IMG/VR virus record: IMGVR_UViG_3300032315_000979
Location: 1 to 64,000 of that record
DNA: 64,000 bases
Direction: 5' to 3' (one strand)
Origin: a virus
In this document: positions 10,439 through 17,119 of the stretch, in pieces
Layout of the letters: every line of letters starts with the position of its first letter
Numbering within the stretch: position 1 is the stretch's first letter
Made by a program: the position numbers and the translations under genes
The notes under the pieces: generated by a model
The model's input: the letters and a program-made list of their open reading frames with translations, nothing else
The model's database searches: none
Told to the model about the DNA's origin: nothing

Positions 10439-10924
10439 TTACACGAGCCGTTCGCTGTATTCTTGGCTATGCTCTAGAGCCCATGAGAGACCACCCTCTT
10501 TACCATAGACCCAATCGGTCTCCATGTCGGTCTCAATTTCTAAATCGGGCGTAGTGTAGAAATCGTTATAGACAGGCGTATTCTCTATTGCTAAAGTTAC
10601 GGTAGGGTAATTTTCCCTAACCTTGTCAAAGAAATCCCGCACCGCATTATCCCCGATAGATTTCAGCAAGGCTAATTGACAAGCGAAAATGTCGGGCTCT
10701 GTAATTTTAGGCAGGATTAGTTGCCCACCCTTACCCCTACCCGTAGGCAATAAATTACCGTAAATATCGGTAGGGAATACATCTGTCAAAACTTCCTTGA
10801 CTGTAACTTTACGCAGACCAAACCATTTGGCAATATCTGCAGGCGGTACGCCATCATGATACATCTCGCAGATATCATCTACAAGGTCGGCTGTAAGTTT
10901 AGACACTCTCATTTTTGTCTCCAT
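10439..10924 (-). CDS. N-terminal HTH domain protein
   Basis: KLTADLVDDICEMYHDGVPPADIAKWFGLRKVTVKEVL is a typical HTH. Confidence 0.7.
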   Translation of the reverse strand: METKMRVSKLTADLVDDICEMYHDGVPPADIAKWFGLRKVTVKEVLTDVFPTDIYGNLLPTGRGKGGQLILPKITEPDIFACQLALLKSIGDNAVRDFFDKVRENYPTVTLAIENTPVYNDFYTTPDLEIETDMETDWVYGKEGGLSWALEHSQEYSERLV

Positions 10925-11243
10925 GTAATTTTACCCTTGAGCGGGTTTGGTTTGGTTACAGCGTTCAGTAATTTTACAGTAGAGTTTTCACCTTTGGTTA
11001 GTCCTGGCGAAATCTCTTTGTATTCCTTTGGTGTAACTTTAGATAGGCTTTGTAATATTTCTAGTATGTGTCGTAATTTCATAAGCTTATTCTAGCCTAT
11101 TCTCGTGTAATGTTAGAAGTAATTTTAGGCAATTTTTGAGGTATATAAAGGGTAAGTAACATTACTATTACGATAAAACCTGCTCTGTAATATTAGTTTC
11201 ATAAACTTACACTAAACTAATCTTACAAGGGTCTAATGTTACT

Positions 11244-11283
11244 GCGGGCGTAATATTTGGTGAAGCTCAAATATTACGCCCGC
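11244..11283. repeat. cassette-boundary hairpin H4
   Basis: GCGGGCGTAATATTTG-GTGAAGCT-CAAATATTACGCCCGC. Confidence 0.9.
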
Positions 11284-11320
11284 CTGTAATTTTACAGTCC
11301 TGTAATTTTAGACAGAGACA

Positions 11321-11356
11321 AAGAAAAACCCCTGCGGAGGGCGCAGGGGTTTTCTT
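11321..11356 (-). terminator. intrinsic terminator (possibly bidirectional)
   Basis: AAGAAAAACCCCTGCG...CGCAGGGGTTTTCTT. Confidence 0.8.
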
Positions 11357-11370
11357 ACTCGCTTGTAAGT

Positions 11371-11613
11371 TTAGAACTCAGTGAGTATGTCCTCAGGCAA
11401 CTCATCAGTGATATCTCGCTCATCGGCATCGTCAATGTCATCGTCTAACACTTGTGCAAAAATTACACTCATGTCAGGGTCATCGCCATTGTTGTTTTTG
11501 ATAGAACGCAATATTTTACCTAGATGCTCAACGCTCTCGGCTTCATACAGAAAACTATCTGCCCATTCTGCATCGCCTTGCTCAAATTGCCAAGATACTT
11601 CGTAAGTGTTCAT
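11371..11613 (-). CDS. small very acidic protein
   Basis: 80 aa, D/E-rich; AAGGGAG RBS. Confidence 0.75.
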   Translation of the reverse strand: MNTYEVSWQFEQGDAEWADSFLYEAESVEHLGKILRSIKNNNGDDPDMSVIFAQVLDDDIDDADERDITDELPEDILTEF

Positions 11614-11630
11614 GTAATTTTACTCCCTTG

Positions 11631-11855
11631 TTATTTTTGGGTCTCGCCCAAGATTTGTGAAAATGAATGTTCGCTATCTTCAATTTGTGTTGTTGTGTTT
11701 AGGACACCACAAAACTTACACACGGCATGGATTTGGGTAATTGTAAACTTACCATGCTGTACTTCTACGGAATTGCTACCGATGAATGAATACTCATGCG
11801 GTAGGTTATCCCGATAATTTATGCGGTTCCTAATCTTACAAGTGAGATATGACAT
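11631..11855 (-). CDS. small hypothetical protein (C, H, CxxC)
   Basis: GAAGGG RBS, leader hairpin, -10 TACGAT upstream. Confidence 0.65.
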   Translation of the reverse strand: MSYLTCKIRNRINYRDNLPHEYSFIGSNSVEVQHGKFTITQIHAVCKFCGVLNTTTQIEDSEHSFSQILGETQK

Positions 11856-12029
11856 TGTGTAACTTTACCCTTCGGTCTAATGGCTGGCATTATTGCCAAC
11901 ACAAACATCGTAGCAAATTTTCGTGTAATAGTAGAGGTAATTTTAGATTATTTTTTAGTCAAAAAGCGGTAAGTAATTTTACGATCATAAACATATATTA
12001 AACTAAAGTTACAGCTCCCTAATGTTACA

Positions 12030-12069
12030 GCAGGTGTAACTTTTGGAAGAGCGCAAAAGTTACACCTGC
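12030..12069. repeat. cassette-boundary hairpin H5
   Basis: GCAGGTGTAACTTTTG-GAAGAGCG-CAAAAGTTACACCTGC. Confidence 0.9.
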
Positions 12070-12105
12070 CTGTAATTTTACAGCCGTGTAATTTTAGACC
12101 AGGCA

Positions 12106-12141
12106 AAGAAAAAGCCCCCGCTTTTGGCGGGGGCTTTTCTT
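12106..12141 (-). terminator. intrinsic terminator (possibly bidirectional)
   Basis: AAGAAAAAGCCCCCGC...GCGGGGGCTTTTCTT. Confidence 0.8.
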
Positions 12142-12155
12142 ACTTGCTTGTAACT

Positions 12156-12248
12156 TTAGTCTCGCTCAAAGTACCAAGCAAGTGCTACGGGGATAATTAT
12201 CCATGACCAAAGAATTACAACCCCGTAGATGATTTTGATGATGCTCAT
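12156..12248 (-). CDS. 30-aa membrane peptide (not in ORF track)
   Basis: MSIIKIIYGVVILWSWIIIPVALAWYFERD; upstream CAAGGGAGTAAAATTAC identical to that of 11613. Confidence 0.7.
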   Translation of the reverse strand: MSIIKIIYGVVILWSWIIIPVALAWYFERD

Positions 12249-12269
12249 GTAATTTTACTCCCTTGTAAT

Positions 12270-12626
12270 TTATGAATTGGCTAATTCTGCGATTAGTTGG
12301 CGAAATGCGTCAGTTGGCAAAGACAAGTCCTGCCCGACAATGTGCGAAACTTTTTCGCTCATGCGGTCAAGGCTAATCACTAGGTCAAGTGAATTGATTA
12401 ATACGGTGGATACCCAGTCACGATTATCCATAGGCATATCGTCTGCTGTAACTTTACCCTCCAGTAATTTTGCAAGGTTGGTAACGCTATCGGCATAGTC
12501 GCAACCGTCAGTCACATAGTCAAAGTCAATTTCCAGTATGTCAAAAGTTACAGTAGTGAAAATTTCTGTAACGGTGCAAAGGCTCTCATTTAGGTAGAGC
12601 ATTTTCTTTTGGAATTCGGTGGTCAT
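12270..12626 (-). CDS. acidic hypothetical protein
   Basis: GAAGGG RBS, leader hairpin, TGATATGCT extended -10. Confidence 0.75.
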   Translation of the reverse strand: MTTEFQKKMLYLNESLCTVTEIFTTVTFDILEIDFDYVTDGCDYADSVTNLAKLLEGKVTADDMPMDNRDWVSTVLINSLDLVISLDRMSEKVSHIVGQDLSLPTDAFRQLIAELANS

Positions 12627-12830
12627 GTAATTTTACCCTTCGGATTATTGGTCGGCATTATTACCGACACAAACAGCATATCAAATCCTCGTGTAATAAT
12701 AGAGGTAATTTTAGGCTATTTTTGAGCCTATTTTCGGGGTTGGTAAGATTAGATTTCGTAAAGTTACAAGCTTCTAAAGTTACAAGTAGAAATATGTACT
12801 CCACATAAAGGTAGAGTGTCTAATATTACA

Positions 12831-12870
12831 GCAGGTGTAAGTTTAGCATAGCGCCTAAACTTACACCTGC
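12831..12870. repeat. cassette-boundary hairpin H6
   Basis: GCAGGTGTAAGTTTAG-CATAGCGC-CTAAACTTACACCTGC. Confidence 0.9.
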
Positions 12871-13084
12871 CTGACTGCCTCATAAAGATTTACTAAACTA
12901 ATATTACAGCACAGTAACATACACAGTGGTGTAATGTTACACGGTATACCATGTATGCCCATGTAATATTAGAGTGAATAATTATGCAAGGTAATGCATA
13001 ACTAATTAGTTGCGCCTGGTCTTACATGGTGGTAGTATTTGGTTGTTGGGCAATTCCGCTCAACCAGTAATGAAAGGTAGTCCA

Positions 13085-13540
13085 ATGGCTACAAGTAAGG
13101 CGAAAGCCAAAGTGTCGGTGAAAGTTGCAGTGTCGGCTACTGCAAATAAGGTAGACAAAGCCCGTACCACTAATGCCCGCAAAGGCGTAAAGCAACACTA
13201 TTCCGATAGCAAAGCCGTTGCGTTCTGGCAACTCTTAGCGTTGGTAGTCAAGTCACCACTAATCGCAAAGGACTTGCGTGTTGCAACTAAGAACAACGCT
13301 CAAGCCCGTAGGCAATGGTGCATAGACAATGGTGCAGTAGTGGTATCTCGTGCAGATGTCACACACAAGGTACAAGGCGATAGACCAGACAATGCAGTGA
13401 GGGCAAGACTTATCTCACTTGCCAAAGTAGACGCAAGCGCAAAGCGTGTCGGCTATATCCGTGTGCTAGACGCATACACTGCAAGTCGTAATCCAAAGCA
13501 TGCAGACATAGACAAGGTATATCTATATCGCATTGCGTAA
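13085..13540 (+). CDS. highly basic protein, paralog A of 13949-14428
   Basis: ATG 13085 after GAAAGG RBS; DLRVA.KNNA.ARR.WC, RPDN.VRAR, GY.RVLDAYTA, KVY.YRIA shared. Confidence 0.85.
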   Translation: MATSKAKAKVSVKVAVSATANKVDKARTTNARKGVKQHYSDSKAVAFWQLLALVVKSPLIAKDLRVATKNNAQARRQWCIDNGAVVVSRADVTHKVQGDRPDNAVRARLISLAKVDASAKRVGYIRVLDAYTASRNPKHADIDKVYLYRIA

Positions 13541-13562
13541 CGCTTAGGCGTTGCAATAAAGA

Positions 13563-13592
13563 TACGGGGCATAGATGCCCCGTATTTTTTTT
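13563..13592 (+). terminator. intrinsic terminator
   Basis: TACGGGGCAT-AG-ATGCCCCGTA + T8. Confidence 0.85.
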
Positions 13593-13948
13593 GTATGCGT
13601 TGTTGCGTAAACACAACACTGATTACTTGTTGCATAAAGACAACAAGTGCCCATGTAATATTACATCATATACTAAATATGGTACTCGTTGCATGTATGC
13701 AACGGCGGGTGCGTCTTCTACGCTAGCTGGGAAGCTCCACCCGCCCAACCATGCTAAAAACATTCAAACCCCTCGCATGGTTGGGTTGGTGCAAGCCAGC
13801 TCAGGGCGGGGGGTCGCCCTGAGCCGAACCTGAACGGGGTTCGCATAAACGCTTTCATAAAGAGACACACACACTAAAAATGAGACCAACTCGCCGTAAG
13901 GTTGGCTGGGTGTTTGGGGGGGGTTGCCCCCCCCCCGAACCTATCGGA

Positions 13949-14428
13949 TCAAGCGATCCGATAGACATACACCTTTTGGCTGTCGGGGTGTGTCGGGTTT
14001 TTCTTGGCGGTGTAAGCGTCAAGCACTCGGACATATCCAACCTTTTTGGCGTTCGGGATTACCGAGCGTAGGGAATGGATCCGAGCCCGAACGGAATTGT
14101 CAGGTCGCTCGGCTGGCGTAGCCTGCCCAGCCTTCACGCCGTCAATTTTCTGAACGGCGAGCCAATCAACCTTCACAGCCTTATTCATGACACACCATGA
14201 ACGGCGAGCGCTGGCGTTATTTTTGCTGGCGACCCGTAGATCCTTGTCAATGATTTTTTGCCCTGAAACGCTGGCGAGCAAACCGATCAACAATTCCGCA
14301 GGCTTATCTGTGTAGAATTGCTTGACCCCTGCCGTAGCGTTCTTGGTGTTTTTTGCCGTGATCTTGGTGATCTCGGTTTTTGCCGAGACCGTAGCCTTGA
14401 CACTAGCCTTCACTTTTTTCGTTGCCAT
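13949..14428 (-). CDS. highly basic protein, paralog B of 13085-13540
   Basis: Same motifs; GAAGGGG RBS; convergent with paralog A. Confidence 0.85.
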   Translation of the reverse strand: MATKKVKASVKATVSAKTEITKITAKNTKNATAGVKQFYTDKPAELLIGLLASVSGQKIIDKDLRVASKNNASARRSWCVMNKAVKVDWLAVQKIDGVKAGQATPAERPDNSVRARIHSLRSVIPNAKKVGYVRVLDAYTAKKNPTHPDSQKVYVYRIA

Positions 14429-14731
14429 TTCTGACCCCTTCTATCTTGGGGGATCCCGTTGATCCCCGCTAATAGAAACAATACTGGAACATTACAGAAA
14501 ATCCAAATCATTAGATCCCCGCAAACCCTTATGGAATAAGGGTTTCATAAAAAGATCAAAAAAAAGATCAAAAAATTGCGGGGAATTGGATCAGATCGGG
14601 CATTGACCCTACCGAACATAGGTTCGCCCGTAGGGAAATAGCATAGCATTACCCTCTTGGATTATATACTCAATTTTTCTAAAAAATGGCGTGGGCGGGA
14701 AATGGGCGGGAGCTGGTTTAAAATGCGGGAG

Positions 14732-14770
14732 AATAGAAAAGAGACCGCTTTGCGGGCGGTCTCTCTTTCT
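14732..14770 (-). terminator. intrinsic terminator
   Basis: GAGACCGC-N7-GCGGTCTC followed by TTTTCT on the - strand. Confidence 0.7.
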
Positions 14771-14774
14771 TCTC

Positions 14775-14886
14775 AGTGTGTTAACATCCTTGCGGATGGT
14801 TACTATAACGGTCCTAAGATAGCGAAATTCGTTCTGCTCTGGTGATAGTGCAGATCACGATTGCCGCTTGACACTTTTAGGGTGCC
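14775..14886. ncRNA. candidate small RNA containing a 23S rRNA H69-H70 segment
   Basis: 14799-14830 matches GTAACTATAACGGTCCTAAGGTAGCGAAATTC at 30/32; bracketed by a - strand TGATATAAT and a terminator. Confidence 0.6.
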
Positions 14887-14898
14887 ATAAGTATTATA

Positions 14899-15075
14899 TC
14901 ACTTCTTAGAGTTACGGTAAAATCCACTGCCTTTGAGTTCTATCATCGGCGGGGAATAGATTTGTTTTAGCGTAGCGTTGCACTCGGGGCAAACATCTAT
15001 CTTCCTATCTTCCAGAATGGATCTCATCTCAGTGTGGGTGTGTCCATTAGAACATTTGTAGTCATACTGTGGCAT
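14899..15075 (-). CDS. FmdB-family zinc-ribbon protein (not in ORF track)
   Basis: MPQYDYKCSNGH...CPEC...LKGSGFY. Confidence 0.8.
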   Translation of the reverse strand: MPQYDYKCSNGHTHTEMRSILEDRKIDVCPECNATLKQIYSPPMIELKGSGFYRNSKK

Positions 15076-15128
15076 AGCTTATATATTATACACGGATGTG
15101 TATCCTTGTATACATGGTACAATAGGTT

Positions 15129-15542
15129 ATGTACGAATATCGTGTGAAGAAGGTTTTGAAGATTGTTGACGGAGATACCATTGATGTGGACATTGATTTG
15201 GGGTTTGACATCTCCTATACGCAAAGAGTTAGACTGGCGGGAATTGATACCCCTGAATCTCGCACAAAAGACGCACGAGAGAAGGCTTTGGGGCTTGAGG
15301 TAAAAGACAGACTCAAGAAAGCCATTGATGCCGCCAAAGATGTAATCATTGTAACCGAAAAGCCAGACAGCACCGAAAAGTACGGGCGCATTCTGGGTTG
15401 GGTATATCTTGACAAATCTTCCAAGTCAATCAACGAACAACTCATTGAAGAAGGTTACGCTTGGGGATACATGGGCGAAACCAAGATCAAAGACTTTGAT
15501 GCTCTGCTTGCAAAGCGAGAATCCTTTTCCAAGAAGAAGTAG
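15129..15542 (+). CDS. thermonuclease (SNase-like)
   Basis: VDGDTIDV, RVRLAGIDTPE, KYGRILG motifs; leaderless. Confidence 0.9.
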   Translation: MYEYRVKKVLKIVDGDTIDVDIDLGFDISYTQRVRLAGIDTPESRTKDAREKALGLEVKDRLKKAIDAAKDVIIVTEKPDSTEKYGRILGWVYLDKSSKSINEQLIEEGYAWGYMGETKIKDFDALLAKRESFSKKK

Positions 15543-15730
15543 TCACTCGTCAAAAGAGTTGCGAAAGCTATTGCGAACTCTATGCTGGATAAGGGATTTC
15601 TGACGATGCCTTTGGCTTAGTCCGATTTTTGCCACCCACCCCAATAAGATTATTCCAAGAATGTAGTATGCCATATCCGCTAAGAATAGCAGGCATAATT
15701 CAAATAACCACCATATCCAAAAAAAATAAT

Positions 15731-16291
15731 TCATCTGTATGTTTGGAAGTCAATATTGACAACCAACCTAAACGGAGAGCGAACGGGATTTGAAGCGGCA
15801 TGGATGTTGCTACCGTCAAAGATGATAGCTCGCCCTGGCTTTGGATATACGGTGTCTTGGAGCTCGTGTGCTTCGTTAAAAAAGTAAGTTGGTCCATCTG
15901 AGTCGTTTATGTAATATAGAAGAACTTTATGATCAACGGGCTCGCCATTGTCGTACTCTAAATCAACATGGGGGACTTGGGACTCGTAATGCATCATTGG
16001 GGGGTAAGGAGAGGTAACATTCACTTTAGCCCGCAATAGGTTGATATTTCCAAACTTATCTGCTAGATTACCTACAAGCTTCTGAATTGCTGGAAGGTGA
16101 GTTGAGGCAATGTCTGATTCCGACTCATACAGGTGATGAGACATCTGCATCGGTGCGTGTGACCACTTACTATCTTCATGGTAAATATGACTGCGGTAGA
16201 AGCGGTAAGGAACTTTGGGGTTAGTAAAATAATCGTAAAGATACGACTGTTCTTCTATGGATACATAGTTATCTACGATTTGCATTTGCAA
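15731..16291 (-). CDS. 2OG-Fe(II) oxygenase-like protein
   Basis: PHVD...LYYINDSDGPT...H...R.V.NI. Confidence 0.8.
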   Translation of the reverse strand: MQMQIVDNYVSIEEQSYLYDYFTNPKVPYRFYRSHIYHEDSKWSHAPMQMSHHLYESESDIASTHLPAIQKLVGNLADKFGNINLLRAKVNVTSPYPPMMHYESQVPHVDLEYDNGEPVDHKVLLYYINDSDGPTYFFNEAHELQDTVYPKPGRAIIFDGSNIHAASNPVRSPFRLVVNIDFQTYR

Positions 16292-16947
16292 TTCTTACAA
16301 CCTTTCTTACAACCTTCTTCACCGCCAATATGAATCAGTGTCCCGTTTGGAACAGCACGACCAATTGTGCCTTGAAAAAAGCTGTTAATAGAAATTGCAA
16401 TTCTTGTTACATCTTCAGTTACAGTTGGAACAAAATGAATTAGCTCTGACGGGAATAGAACAATATCACCAGGTTTTGCAACAGCTGCGTATGTATCTGA
16501 GTTATAGTAGTTCTCTTCTCTGTTATTTAGACTCCATCGCTTAACACCTGGTCTAAAGAACATAGTGCCATCTATACTGGCTAATGAAACATATAAAACA
16601 CCTGAAACAACACTGTTCTGATGTGCATGTGGTGGGTGATGATCCCCTTTTTCCAATTTTGTAATCCAGGATGATGTCAATCTCAATCTAACATCATCTG
16701 TTGTATCATAGACACTCTTTAGATATGTATCTAAATTAATTTGAATTCTATCTTTGATATCTGAAAGAATTGGGTTATCAAGAATAAGTCTATCATCTGT
16801 TACCCGAACACCATCAAACTGCTGCGTATTGTTTGCTTGCTCTATTAGAAAATCCATTTCTTCTTGTGTGAAGTCTCTACCAATTGATGACTTGTACACA
16901 GGTGTTCCAAATGGGTTATATACTATTGCTTCCATGTTTGTTTCCAT
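16273..16947 (-). CDS. putative 2OG-Fe(II) oxygenase (TIGR02466-like)
   Basis: HPPHAHQNSVVSGVLY...LFPS.LIH.V...RIAISIN; start moved to 16947 (AGGAG RBS) because the track start lies inside tRNA-Asn. Confidence 0.8.
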   Translation of the reverse strand: METNMEAIVYNPFGTPVYKSSIGRDFTQEEMDFLIEQANNTQQFDGVRVTDDRLILDNPILSDIKDRIQINLDTYLKSVYDTTDDVRLRLTSSWITKLEKGDHHPPHAHQNSVVSGVLYVSLASIDGTMFFRPGVKRWSLNNREENYYNSDTYAAVAKPGDIVLFPSELIHFVPTVTEDVTRIAISINSFFQGTIGRAVPNGTLIHIGGEEGCKKGCKNCKCKS

Positions 16948-16958
16948 ATTTCTCCTTT

Positions 16959-17034
16959 TGGCTGGCGAGGTAGGGTTTGAACCTACGACCCAGGGATTAA
17001 CAGTCCCTTGCTCTGCCAACTGAGCTACTCGCCA
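16959..17034 (-). tRNA. tRNA-Asn(GTT)
   Basis: Cloverleaf, anticodon loop CTGTTAA, encoded CCA. Confidence 0.93.
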
Positions 17035-17119
17035 TTGTATTACTTAATTAACAGTATAGCAATTGTAATTGCATGAAGTGCAAAATACACTGCGTGTGTA
17101 ATCTTATCTTGTTTTGACA

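Larger units (their letters stand above)
7791..13666. repeat. dispersed palindromic motif STAA-NN-TTAS (best copy TGTAATATTACA), about 70 copies
   Basis: Counted by eye, e.g. 7791, 7825, 8537, 8592, 9510, 9567, 10385/10401/10417/10433, 11286/11302, 12072/12088. Confidence 0.95.

Noticed and set aside
8550-12870. Classical integron attC sites
   Set aside because: No consistent RYYYAAC/GTTRRRY boxes or extrahelical bases, the cassettes carry their own promoters, and no IntI is visible; kept only as an analogy.
8537-12975. CRISPR array interpretation of the repeats
   Set aside because: Repeats are not identical, the intervals are 0.8-1 kb and contain genes, and no cas genes are in the window.
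13010-13084. TTG start for the 176-aa ORF
   Set aside because: This stretch holds the promoter and leader hairpin; the paralog alignment and RBS support ATG 13085.
14799-14830. Cloning-vector I-CeuI site or a real rRNA gene
   Set aside because: Two mismatches to the engineered site, no other vector sequence, and similarity limited to under 100 nt.
16948-17019. N-terminal extension of ORF 16273..17019
   Set aside because: It overlaps tRNA-Asn on the same strand; a good RBS and ATG exist at 16947.
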